A DNA stretch of 46,289 nucleotides. Origin: Stramenopiles sp. TOSAG23-3 (Eukaryota). The notes below the pieces were generated by a model that saw nothing but the letters and a program-made list of their open reading frames with translations, ran no database searches and had not been told where the DNA came from. Each line of letters begins with the position of its first letter. Within the stretch, counting starts at the first letter, position 1. Shown one piece after another: positions 20,901 through 29,970 of the stretch. The stretch covers positions 1-46,289 of the forward strand of contig LT642169.1 in the NCBI GenBank assembly GCA_900128585.1. The letters run 5' to 3'. Position numbers and translations under genes: made by a program.

Positions 20901-22446
20901 CAGGGGATACCCCAACAAGAGAGGAATACGCAATGCCTTGAGCGACGCCCACAATTGAGATGGAAATGGCAGCGGTTGTGTCTTTAACAAGCATTTGTTT
21001 GATGTTGTAGCGGGGAAGCCACCCAACGATCGTTTTGTGTCTTGTGGCCGCCAAGCAATTTTCTACTCCAACACGCCAGCTCTTGTGACTGCCATCCTCG
21101 TCCCTCGCTGCATCCAATCGTTCGTGGAACTGCTTGCTTGTTGTATCCTCCTTCTCTTCCAGCGTTTCCCGCAGCACAAAATTGGCAGTCTCTACAGACT
21201 TTTCGGGCTCATCTTCTTCACTGCTATCTTGGTACCGTTTAAGCGACGCGCGATCCCGGCGACCTTTGACGCCAAACAGCAAACAGTATGCATTGCACAA
21301 CTGTTCGACCGATAGGCTGACGTCTGGGTCCACCGTGCCGATGTTTTCAGCAAAGAGACTCATCAGCGACCCAAACATTTCTATCTTTGTTTCCAGAATT
21401 CGAATATTGCTCTCTGCAAATGAAGCATCGTTTATCATAGGGGCTAACATTGGCCCCAAGTTTAGCACAATTTGGTCCGTATGGCGGCTCGAGTCGGTAC
21501 CGGCCATGCCAGGGTTCACCGTTTCCAGCGCCATTTTCGACACCTTTACGGCATCCAGTATCCCCTTAGTTGCCCTTGTCCTCGGGCTGAGCACTCCCAA
21601 ACGTGCGACGTCCGCATCAGTGTACGTTTTGTATTTAATTTTTGCGTCTTTCCACAAGGCTTCGATGGACGATATCGAATTGAGCATCAGCTGCGAGTCG
21701 TCCAACTGCTTCATGAACGAATGCAAGGAGTGTTTGTTCACTTTTTTGTCAAACTTCTTAACAATCTTATAAAACCCTGTGTAATTCAACTCAATAAACG
21801 CCGCCAACCTCGCGATCTCCACCGTTATAACCGCTTGCATTTTCTCCGTGTCCATATTCGATTCGATAGCGACTGGGCGGTCGACTCTCTCCATTTCGCT
21901 TTTGCCCACCTCTCCGTCTTTGCCCCCGTCACTCTCCAAAGAGGCGACTGTTTCTCCCGATTTTGTTTCAACGTACAAATTTATGCGCTCCTTTACCCTT
22001 TCCGCCTCCACCGTGGCAAACTTTATTATCGTCCGAAGCTCCCTATTCAATATAAAAAAGAAGTAGCGGCACAGCAACCTACTGGACGCCTGTTTTGGAA
22101 AGCTTCTGGACATTTCTTCGAGCTTCCTCTGCCGAGATTCTGCTTTTCGCCCCCCGCCCCCGCTGCCCCCCGCCCTGCTTTCCTCGTCGCTACTTTCACT
22201 GCTGACGGCTATGTTCCCTCTGCGAGACTCCAGGTGATTAATCAAGGCCTTCATTTCCTTCCACCTTTCTTTGAATATTTCACCCCGAAGTTTGTGGTTT
22301 ACCTTTTCTGCGTCGGCGCATTTGTTTTCATTCTGTAGTTTTGCGAATGCGGCCAACGATATCAGTTTTTTTAATTCGTTGTAACGGAGGTAGTGTCCTT
22401 TCCACTCTGGGAAAGCCTCCCGAATAATTCGGGAGCCGAACTTCAT
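17944..22446 (-). CDS. SPX - SulP/SLC26 transporter - STAS protein with an inserted PstS-type phosphate-binding domain
   Basis: ATG at 22446 gives canonical SPX start MKFG; YLRYNELKKLI and NYTGFYKIVKKFDKK basic clusters. SulP motifs WLPRY..D..A.ISI....VAQGIAYS, YSLFGGSKNIAIGP, SRPVLKGFVSASA, DENHELFALGLSN, GGFSRTAIN. STAS ILRFEAPLFFAN..LVLDFSCIPWIDATA. PstS motifs GVGASLP, TGSGNG, VDFAGTD, IFKGDIQYWD, VVRQDSSGTT, SIGY, AWPISSYTY at about 19200-20150. Confidence 0.93.
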   Translation of the reverse strand: MKFGSRIIREAFPEWKGHYLRYNELKKLISLAAFAKLQNENKCADAEKVNHKLRGEIFKERWKEMKALINHLESRRGNIAVSSESSDEESRAGGSGGGGRKAESRQRKLEEMSRSFPKQASSRLLCRYFFFILNRELRTIIKFATVEAERVKERINLYVETKSGETVASLESDGGKDGEVGKSEMERVDRPVAIESNMDTEKMQAVITVEIARLAAFIELNYTGFYKIVKKFDKKVNKHSLHSFMKQLDDSQLMLNSISSIEALWKDAKIKYKTYTDADVARLGVLSPRTRATKGILDAVKVSKMALETVNPGMAGTDSSRHTDQIVLNLGPMLAPMINDASFAESNIRILETKIEMFGSLMSLFAENIGTVDPDVSLSVEQLCNAYCLLFGVKGRRDRASLKRYQDSSEEDEPEKSVETANFVLRETLEEKEDTTSKQFHERLDAARDEDGSHKSWRVGVENCLAATRHKTIVGWLPRYNIKQMLVKDTTAAISISIVGVAQGIAYSSLVGVSPELGCYSVIFPALIYSLFGGSKNIAIGPMSIPCLLLGSIVDEFHNLHPTYTRVHIVLACTILCGALLILLSLLRVGSMTSTLVSRPVLKGFVSASAFLVILGQLKHVFGISYNKSSAIQTLLPNIFESISSLEVFTFVCALFTIVFAAALKQVHRAAKSGFKPLWVKPGEDHLRKEIEGYQSDEEKAKGADLPSENDLDKNEIRRKRVSKCVSQFHPVVVLLVIGMLFGGSLCDFEAFRTSASETVGKDIIAAASGVGASLPAWAYQLAATTFECHGDKAQRVKYLPTGSGNGIKSILENTVDFAGTDVEIKNSTYATYNTNAEAVLLVPSLASAVCATANVPGVPLGESAHLVLKKATLAKIFKGDIQYWDHEDILAQNPNFMLLLPHKKIQPVVRQDSSGTTAIFTSALASFVSNFTPGVGKVAAWPSSSIKGLYNAGVIDVVYSTPYSIGYAVVGDVKRHKDLQCIAFENGAKVPITPSREAVHAAIAAARGSARPLDLISSASVNSSTGAWPISSYTYIAMRKFSRPNSRRTCTERRAVVDFLMWLYTSPLALEASEKHNFVVLSYEHRINILKQVINLTCGEKNGEPMYGSIIDYSNFTKNELLAKQSRFCAATSAETGKYKCGAVAVIGPIAPIVNAPNAPPVPFSVYATLAMNCLLLSSLMLIEHLANAKICAQKIKVSVDENHELFALGLSNIFGGLFSCFVTGGGFSRTAINVSAGAVSQMSLLLSALFALVITFTVAPAIAFLPKFVIAVVIIGAVSGLVDVKEIKMLWKISKSDFFLLVLGAIFTMTLGITNGLLASVALSIAIFLKAASVPVISTLGRAPNSTDYRPLKSGKSNSRIKRPDGILILRFEAPLFFANFSELEKTVNEHLANSTGDDGLLLWESLVLDFSCIPWIDATAAIGISQLFEQINGLGGVQVYVAKCTSNVYTTLKHAGFVDMIGKSNFFFDVHSSVTHVLRVRRQQESAILSRFVKSPV

Positions 22447-22749
22447 TTCCAAGGAACTAAGCGTTGAGACGCCGGATAGGAATAAAACGTTTTGTCAACC
22501 GACCGTGAATCGAAACGGTTCCGTGTTTCTTTCTTTTTGATTTTTCTATATGTCAAATCCGAGAACAATTTAAAAGTGTTCGTTTTCTTTAACAAACGTC
22601 CGTTAACTGCGCATCAACAACTTTAATCCATTTAAAATTATTTTCTAGATCATTTTTATATTTTAACTCAGGAGATCACGCACGCACAGCGCGTATTTCA
22701 AATCGTCGTATGGTGGTGGTGGTGATGATTAAAAAAAAATGGCGGCACT

Positions 22750-23012
22750 TTTTTTTCTTCTTCTTTCTTCTTCTTTCTTCTTCTTTCTTCTTCTTCGTCT
22801 TCTTCCCCTTTCTTTCTTTCTTCTTTTCTTCTTTTCTTCTTTTCTTCTTCTTCTTCTTCTTCTTCTTCTTCTTCTTCTTCTTCTTCTTCTTCTTCTTCTT
22901 CTTCTTCTTCTTCTTCTTCTTCTTTCTTTTCTCTTCTTCCTCTTCTTTCTTTCTTCTTCTTCTTCTTCTTCTTCTTCTTCTTCTTCTTCTTCTTCTTCTT
23001 CTTTCTTCTTCT
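22750..23012 (+). repeat. Long (TTC)n microsatellite
   Basis: About 260 bp pyrimidine tract of ttc units upstream of the SPX gene. Confidence 0.95.
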
Positions 23013-23806
23013 AAATATATTTTTTTCATCTCAATCATCATTTCTCTTCACTCATCACCACTTCTTCTTCCTTTATTTGTCTTCTTCTTCTTCAACTATA
23101 ATAACACGTGACAACAAGAACCCAATCTCATAAATCATGATGAATTTATATTTTTAATATTTTAATAAAATATACCTAATTAAGAAGAAAGAAGAAGTCA
23201 CCAATTTATTTTTATTCAAAGAAGAAAGCAAATAACAAACAATAAAATTTCTGATTTACCTATCAATAAAATAAACTATACAGTATTATTTTACTTGTCG
23301 TTCGATAAATGTCGTATAATACAATTTAAATAATAAACAACATATATAATAACAACTGAAAAAAAAAATAAAAAAAGAATTTGAGGAATCATCTTTGCTT
23401 CTCTTCTTCTTTAAAAAAAAGGGGGGATGACGTCGAGGTACGATACCAAGTATTACATTAAATACTATACAGTTCTTGACCGCACTTCTGTGCCTATAAT
23501 TCCCTTTAAATAACATAGAAATTATAAGGGATTATAAATAAGAAAATATAATAAATAAATAAATAAATAAGTGAGTTGAGTTTAGTGTGTATGTAGTGTA
23601 TCCTCTATAGATAAATATTTTAATAGGTGTGTGGGGGGAAGGGAGGCACAGAGTGAAATGAAATGGATGATATGATTGACATTTGAGTTCTATATTTCTT
23701 GTTTCGTGGTTTACATATTGTAAAGATCTGTTTGTTCATCTGACTTTTGAGGGGGAAAAGATTGAGAAGTTGGAACAGGTATCAATTCATATCAAGGTAA
23801 GAAGAA

Positions 23807-26800
23807 ATGGTGAAACTGATATTTGCAGCCTTGTGCTGCTCGCTCGTGCTTCTCACGGCAACTGCGTCTCAATGTGATCGCAATTATAAACGCTCTTATT
23901 CGGTACGGCACACTTTTGGGAACATTTTTGATAGGCACCATGTTGCGTCACTCATTGACTCCGTATCCGCATGGTCTGCTGCAAGACATAAATTTAGCTC
24001 TGCGTGGGTGCAAATCGACTTGGGAAAACCCACTCTTGTGAATGGCGTTGTAACACAGGGGCGAGGAAACTGGGACCAGTGGGTCACCACCTTCAAAGTA
24101 GGGACGAGCACAGATGGCAAAACGTTTGATCTCGTCAACAACGGGGCCCTCTTTTCTGGCAATAGGGACCGCCATACCAAAAAGGAAAACTATTTTGGGA
24201 AAAGAGAGGCACGTTTTGTTCGAATTTATCCTGTAGATTACCACGGATGGGTGAGCCTGCGCGCAGACGTGCTTGTCGAGGCTGGACCAAAAGCAGGTTT
24301 ACCAGGTTTACGAGGGGAGTACTACCATCAAAGCACAAAAGATTTCCAGACTGGAAAGGGGTTGTGGTTCGATCAGAAGAAATTAAAAGTAACAAGGATT
24401 GATCGACAAGTAAACTTCCCGGGCAAGTTCCCAGGGGTATACTTTCATGACTACATGATGGCCAAGTGGACTGGGCGGCTACTGATCAACAATGCCGGGA
24501 CTTACTACTTGTACACAAGATCCGACGATGGTTCCAAAGCTTGGGTCAATGGGAAAGAAATTGTGAACAATCCTGGGATCCACCCCATGGTAACAAGATT
24601 CGGGCAGGTGAACCTGGCCAAAGGGTACCACAACATTGAACTCCAGTTCTATGAACACCGCGGTGGGCAAGGGATGATTTTCTATTACAAAGGCCCAGAC
24701 ACTAGTAACCGTCAAATTGTCGTTCCCTCAACAGCGTTGAGCGTCTGCACAAGCTGTAACAGAGACAACAAAGAATTTAATTTTGCGACTGGGACGTGCA
24801 AATCTTGCCCAAACGATTTCTTTTTTGATACTACCACCAAGGAATGCAAAGCATGCCCTTTTGGAACAAAGAGCAACGGCAAAACTACACAGTGCACCAC
24901 GATAGCGTGCAAGCCGGGCGAAGGACTGACTACCTTATCCAACAGTGGCGCAGTGCACGCTGTACAAGCTGGGAAATGCGACAAGCTAATCTTAACCGGT
25001 TCAGAATGTGAAGCCCGTGCACGCTTGGCCGGGGTAGCGTATGCCAAGGTGGCCGAGGGCAAGATCCCAAGCGGCTGTGTACTGCACACGGATAATAAGG
25101 GAAAGCAAACGGCGTGGTTCAATGAACAGAAAGAGAATATAAACGAATGCAGCTCCAAATATAGCTGCCTGTGCAATTCGTATTGCAACGACTGCGCAAT
25201 TAATCATTTCTCAAAGACAGGAAAGCAGTGCGATCGGTGCCCGTCTGGGCAAGAAGCTCCCAAGCGGAAGGCCAAAGCGTGCAGTGGCGATCCCCGAATC
25301 TTGGAGCTAATGCGCGAGTCGGAAACCACGCGTGTTCAACTTGAAGCTCAGCACAACATGATTGGGAAGATTGTACAGACCATTCCGCAACTTCGTGAAC
25401 ACCCAAAGCTAGTCCGCGACTGGGCAACGAACGACGTCATGATAGCATATGAAAAGCTTCGAAAGGAGCGCCTAAGAGAACCGGCATACAGTATGAAGAC
25501 CCACTGCAAAAACGAAAAGGAAAAAGGCGTCGTGCTATTTCCAGCGCTAAAAATTGGCGTCGAAGAGGAGGTCGACGACAGAACTTGCATTGACAAGAAT
25601 CGAAACATGCTGGTGTCCCAATTCTGCGAATTTCGTACCGATCTGCAAGAAGCGTTGTCAGGCTTCAGAGGTTTGTTCAAACCCCCAAAGTCATACTGGC
25701 CGAACATATGCTGCAAATCCCACAATTTTGCAAAGCAGGAGGCGTGCCAAGACCCCTCAGGAACTGTTCCACGCGAAGCAATCGTGCCGTTTTCTTTGTC
25801 CCAAGGCGCCAACTTTACTCATGAATATTTGTACGGCGAAGTTGTGGATACGTTGCGACATCATGGGTACCTTCACCAAGGGCTGGTAGCGTTGTTAAAC
25901 GATGCTAAAGCCGCGCTTCCGGGGCACAGCGACGCTTTCAACGAGCTTGCGACCAACCTTGGCGCTAATTTTAGGTCAACATCGCTCTGCGGTCCGCGCA
26001 TCCTTCGGTCGCCCGCCAACAACGAAGACTTGGTATGTCAACTATTTCACCCTTACCCGCACTTGTTTCAGTCGTTCATGGAGCAGTTTGAAAGTGCAAT
26101 GTCAAGTGGGCAACTTTCCAAGCGGACTGACACACCCAAGCCCGAGGGATGGGGTGGTTTCACTACACGGGCACCTGGGGTTTCAGAGCAGAGGCAAAAG
26201 TTTGACGAACGCAGGTCAGAGCAGAGGCAAAAGTATGTCGAACGCTTGCGTTCGACATACGTAAAGGCCGCGACCCGAAGCCGCCGTTTACTAGGCGCGG
26301 CGAGCAAACCCAAGTACTCCATGCATGAGGATAGTCTAACATGGGCGGCCACGAAGGAGCCGTTTCCCCTCATGTTTAAGTTTCACGGAGAAGTGTACAG
26401 CTGCAAGACATACCCATCTTACTGCAAAAACCCCATTGACGGGTTTTTCAACGCCAGAAAAGGCACCTGGAAAATTTTCGTCAAGTACAATTCCGTCGAC
26501 GTCACATTGCAAGCGTTTACCGACGCCAAGGCTACGGCCGACTTGTATACCAAAGGCGAGCAAGGTGAGCCGGGAAGGAATGGGAAAGATGGTGCCCCCG
26601 GGGCACAGGGGCCCACTGGTCCGCAGGGCCCTGTTGGTAAAGTTGACACCAAGGACCTTTCTCTGTTAAAGTCACAAGTAAAGTCTTTGGAACGGAGCTC
26701 CGTTTCTCAAATGCATGCAACGTTCGGGCTGCGTTCGACGTTGGCTCGTCAGCTGCACGAAAAAGAAAGTCAGACGTGCCCTGTTGTTACCTTGAGCAAC

Positions 26801-27391
26801 CGGCAAGATCTGGAAATGGCGAAGAAGCAGTTCTGCTCAGGCTACCACCACATCAGCTTGTCCCATAAATACGAGATTATCAATGTGGCCTTTCTCTTTG
26901 CCGGCGAGGATATTGGCCGAGCAGACGAAGGTGCTTTCGTTTCCAGGTTGAAAACAAGGGCGGTGTACGATGTATCCGACGATTGCCCACATGCTTTGTT
27001 CGGGGGAAATGATATCTCCATCCAACGGGATAACTTTACGTCTGATATTGTTTTTGCTGTCCAGCTTGACTCCAAATCCGAGTACTTAGCAAATGAAGTT
27101 AAAGCTTGCGGCAATAAACAAACACGCGACGGAAGGTCCTATATTCCGCAGACAAAGGTTAAGGTTGCTGTGTTTTCTGACGAACGCAAATGCTGCGATG
27201 GTGAAAAGGATTCCAAGAAATGCACCCAGTGTAACTTGGTCCCAATGAACCACGAGTACACGAAACAGTCCCTAGAGTATGAAGTAGACGTGAAAGGAAC
27301 ATCTTTCAGTCTTAGTTATGGCCATAGATGGGGGAAACTCAGCAACAAGCGCCGTAGCTTACTGCAAAATGGAGCTATCGAGGGATGTTAG
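23807..27391 (+). CDS. Secreted multidomain protein: signal peptide, F5/8 type C (discoidin), PA14, Cys-rich repeats, coiled coil, short collagen segment
   Basis: Hydrophobic N-terminus MVKLIFAALCCSLVLLTATASQ; discoidin AWSA..WVQIDLG..VNGVVTQGR..QWVTTFKV..ARFVRIYP..SLRADV; PA14 GLRGEYY..RIDRQVNF..WTG..SDDGS..GYHNIELQFYEHRGG; CxxC repeats; 10 Gly-X-Y triplets (GEQGEPGRNGKDGAPGAQGPTGPQGPVGKV). Confidence 0.85.
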   Translation: MVKLIFAALCCSLVLLTATASQCDRNYKRSYSVRHTFGNIFDRHHVASLIDSVSAWSAARHKFSSAWVQIDLGKPTLVNGVVTQGRGNWDQWVTTFKVGTSTDGKTFDLVNNGALFSGNRDRHTKKENYFGKREARFVRIYPVDYHGWVSLRADVLVEAGPKAGLPGLRGEYYHQSTKDFQTGKGLWFDQKKLKVTRIDRQVNFPGKFPGVYFHDYMMAKWTGRLLINNAGTYYLYTRSDDGSKAWVNGKEIVNNPGIHPMVTRFGQVNLAKGYHNIELQFYEHRGGQGMIFYYKGPDTSNRQIVVPSTALSVCTSCNRDNKEFNFATGTCKSCPNDFFFDTTTKECKACPFGTKSNGKTTQCTTIACKPGEGLTTLSNSGAVHAVQAGKCDKLILTGSECEARARLAGVAYAKVAEGKIPSGCVLHTDNKGKQTAWFNEQKENINECSSKYSCLCNSYCNDCAINHFSKTGKQCDRCPSGQEAPKRKAKACSGDPRILELMRESETTRVQLEAQHNMIGKIVQTIPQLREHPKLVRDWATNDVMIAYEKLRKERLREPAYSMKTHCKNEKEKGVVLFPALKIGVEEEVDDRTCIDKNRNMLVSQFCEFRTDLQEALSGFRGLFKPPKSYWPNICCKSHNFAKQEACQDPSGTVPREAIVPFSLSQGANFTHEYLYGEVVDTLRHHGYLHQGLVALLNDAKAALPGHSDAFNELATNLGANFRSTSLCGPRILRSPANNEDLVCQLFHPYPHLFQSFMEQFESAMSSGQLSKRTDTPKPEGWGGFTTRAPGVSEQRQKFDERRSEQRQKYVERLRSTYVKAATRSRRLLGAASKPKYSMHEDSLTWAATKEPFPLMFKFHGEVYSCKTYPSYCKNPIDGFFNARKGTWKIFVKYNSVDVTLQAFTDAKATADLYTKGEQGEPGRNGKDGAPGAQGPTGPQGPVGKVDTKDLSLLKSQVKSLERSSVSQMHATFGLRSTLARQLHEKESQTCPVVTLSNRQDLEMAKKQFCSGYHHISLSHKYEIINVAFLFAGEDIGRADEGAFVSRLKTRAVYDVSDDCPHALFGGNDISIQRDNFTSDIVFAVQLDSKSEYLANEVKACGNKQTRDGRSYIPQTKVKVAVFSDERKCCDGEKDSKKCTQCNLVPMNHEYTKQSLEYEVDVKGTSFSLSYGHRWGKLSNKRRSLLQNGAIEGC

Positions 27392-27585
27392 CGATAAGAT
27401 ATACGTAAGTGTCTCGTTTTCTGTATGGTACTGCTCAATGAAAAAATAATATAATAAAATTTAAAGTTGATTATTATTCCGTCATCTTAAGGTGTTTTGA
27501 TAATATATGGCTACTATAAATTTAAGGATGACGCCGCGCGCATCTATCTTCTCCCCTCTCTTTTATTATTAATATAATAATATAA

Positions 27586-27604
27586 TACTTAAAATAACAG
27601 CCAA
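27586..27604 (-). repeat. Dispersed 3'-flank element, copy E (partial)
   Basis: tacttaaaataacagccaa is the exact reverse complement of ttggctgttattttaagta at 29952-29970. Confidence 0.8.
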
Positions 27605-27897
27605 CAATTTTTTATTATTATTTTTTATATAATTACATTAATTTTATTGGAAGAAGAAGAAGAAAAGAAGAATAATATAATTATTAATAATAAAATAAAT
27701 AATAATTAAACAAATCCTACTACGAAACAAACTAGCACTTGAAACACATGAATTAAATGTACTCATTTAAATAACCGTCTTTCCTGCGTGGTTGGCACCG
27801 ATCCATATATAATGTTAGCTTCATAAAATTAACCATAGTTAGCGAGGAGAACGGACGTAAGCTTTTCTGCGTGTACAATAGAAATATAGTCGACGCC

Positions 27898-29829
27898 ATG
27901 CAGTTCTGTAAGCCCAGTCGGGCGATTTTCGTTGTTGACGACCTTCGACAATTTGTTCAGTCCGATACGTATGCGGGTATTATGCATTTTCTTGGGTCTA
28001 TAGTGAATGCGGTGAAAGGGAAAAATAACCAGATTAACCTGGGTGAAGGTGCGTCCATGACCGTCAAAAGCATTCTGAACATTGTGAATCTCGCGTCAGA
28101 AATTACTGACAGCGTTCCGCCAGAAAAGCAAGCCGCGAGATTTGGCAACAAGGCGTTTCGGACGTGGCACACTACTATCTTGTCCCGTCTGCCAGAAAAG
28201 GTGGCCAGCATCATCCCGTCAGACCAGCAGCAAGCGTGTGTTGAAGTCATTGCTTACCTGTTCGACAGTTTCGGGAACACGACGAGGATCGACTATGGGA
28301 CGGGCCACGAAGTAAATTTTGTGCTATTCTTATACTGCTTCTGGAAACTTGGGCTGCTGAAAGAGCCTGACCTTGCCGCGGTTGGCTTGTGCGTGCTACC
28401 GCGTTACTTTACTTTGGTCCGAAAGCTTATTTTTACCTACAACTTGGAGCCGGCTGGATCCCACGGCGTTTGGTCACTGGACGACTATAGTTTCTTGCCG
28501 TTTTTGCTTGGGTCTTCTCAACTGATCGGCCACAAATTCGTGAAACCAAAATCGATCCTGTACATGGACACGGTAGAGGCCTACGAGGACAAGTACATGT
28601 ACCTAGGAACGGTCGCCAACATTACCAGGCTTAAATCTGGGCCGTTCAAAGAACACTCGCACATTCTGTATGACATTGCGTCCAACTTGAAAGGCTGGGG
28701 AAACATTTGCCAAGGCCTGCGACGCATGTTCGAAGTAGAGGTGATGGGAAAGTTGCCTGTGATGCAGCACCTGACCTTTGGGTCGATCGTCCGCTCCACC
28801 TGGGAAGTGAAAACGGTGGACGCCGGCAAGCTGAAGAAGAACCCCTTCGCCAAGCCAGAAGAAGTGTTTCAGGTCAGCGGGACATGCACCCTTACAAAAT
28901 ATTTCAACTTCAAACGGTCTGGGGCGCGCTCGGGTATGAAGCCAACGATCCGAGCCCCGCCGGCCGCACCGACTCATGGAACGGGCGATGCACAGTTTGA
29001 ATCGTTGGAGGACGGGAAAGGAATCCTCCTAAAGGGGTGGAAAATTTCATCCAACAAGGGAACCATCAGCGACGAAGACACGTTCAACGCCATCAAAGAC
29101 AACTATGGAATCACGTTCTCTCCCCCAGAAATGTTTTTCGGTTCTAACTATGTGAGGCTGTCCCATGTTGAATCGGGGATTTCGTATAATTTTGGCGCCA
29201 TGGAGGCGCTGGCAGGGTGCAAAGTCACCTTTGATGCGAATGGGAACCCAGATCGTCGCATTTTCAAACATTCCCTCGCCGACACGTGGTCGAAACGGGC
29301 AGACCACAACGTGGCCATTGCAAAAAATACCGTCACCGACTTTGATTGGACGTATACCACCTACTATTCGGGCCACTTCTCGTGCACGGAGTCTGGCACA
29401 CCGGCCAATGTTGCCGTGTCGAACAGCACCGAAGATTCAATCGATTACGCCCGGCTACGTCAGAGAGACCCCATTTTGTGGCACGATGCCGTAAATCTTT
29501 TCGAAGCAGAATTAGACGATAATGGGAACGGCCAGCTGAACGTAAAAATTCGCGTGATGCCCTCTTGTTTTTTCTGTTTGTCTAGATTTTGGCTTCGTGT
29601 GGACGGGATGCTTCTGCGCGTGTTGGACACTCGCCTGTATCATGTATTTGGCACCGACAAACTGGTGTTCGAGAAATCGGTAAGAGAGATTACGTACGAT
29701 CAGTTAAAAAGCCAAGGGATGTCTACCAACGACAGAGATTACACCGACCCAGACAAGTTTGTGAACCTGGTCCCGGTCGTGAAACAATGGAACGAAGTAG
29801 CTTACTTGAGGTCGCAGAAGCAGAACTGA
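27898..29829 (+). CDS. PTPA: PTPA (PP2A phosphatase activator) - TIP41/TIPRL fusion protein
   Basis: PTPA motifs RFGNKAFRTW, SFGNTTRIDYGTGHE, YNLEPAGSHGVWSLDDY.FLPFL.GSSQL, EVMGKLPVMQH.TFGS. TIP41 motifs PEMFFGSN, FDWTYTT.Y.G, ID..RL..RDPIL, LFEAELDDNG, KIRVMP..FF.LSRFWLRVDG..R..DTR. One open frame; first ATG at 27898. Confidence 0.92.
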   Translation: MQFCKPSRAIFVVDDLRQFVQSDTYAGIMHFLGSIVNAVKGKNNQINLGEGASMTVKSILNIVNLASEITDSVPPEKQAARFGNKAFRTWHTTILSRLPEKVASIIPSDQQQACVEVIAYLFDSFGNTTRIDYGTGHEVNFVLFLYCFWKLGLLKEPDLAAVGLCVLPRYFTLVRKLIFTYNLEPAGSHGVWSLDDYSFLPFLLGSSQLIGHKFVKPKSILYMDTVEAYEDKYMYLGTVANITRLKSGPFKEHSHILYDIASNLKGWGNICQGLRRMFEVEVMGKLPVMQHLTFGSIVRSTWEVKTVDAGKLKKNPFAKPEEVFQVSGTCTLTKYFNFKRSGARSGMKPTIRAPPAAPTHGTGDAQFESLEDGKGILLKGWKISSNKGTISDEDTFNAIKDNYGITFSPPEMFFGSNYVRLSHVESGISYNFGAMEALAGCKVTFDANGNPDRRIFKHSLADTWSKRADHNVAIAKNTVTDFDWTYTTYYSGHFSCTESGTPANVAVSNSTEDSIDYARLRQRDPILWHDAVNLFEAELDDNGNGQLNVKIRVMPSCFFCLSRFWLRVDGMLLRVLDTRLYHVFGTDKLVFEKSVREITYDQLKSQGMSTNDRDYTDPDKFVNLVPVVKQWNEVAYLRSQKQN

Positions 29830-29942
29830 AACCAGGGAACGATGGAACGAAAGTTGCCCGGGCAAGGACGAAAGTTTTCTTTATTAATTCGCGGTGGGAA
29901 AGGGGGCGGATTTTAATTCTGGAGATATCGTAATTAAAAAAT

Positions 29943-29970
29943 ACAAGAAAATTGGCTGTTATTTTAAGTA
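29943..29970 (+). repeat. Dispersed 3'-flank element, copy B
   Basis: acaagaaaattggctgttattttaagta, about 110 bp after the PTPA-TIP41 stop. Confidence 0.85.

Noticed and set aside
22676-23111. Poly-K/R/E/F/L/S ORFs in spacers (also 1953-2297, 6664-7035, 7228-7443, 16735-17013)
   Set aside because: Translations of GAA/TTC microsatellites or N gaps, not genes.
23138-23254. Possible box C/D snoRNA (ATGATGA ... CTGA)
   Set aside because: Very AT-rich interior, no convincing terminal stem or recognisable rRNA guide; boxes likely chance.
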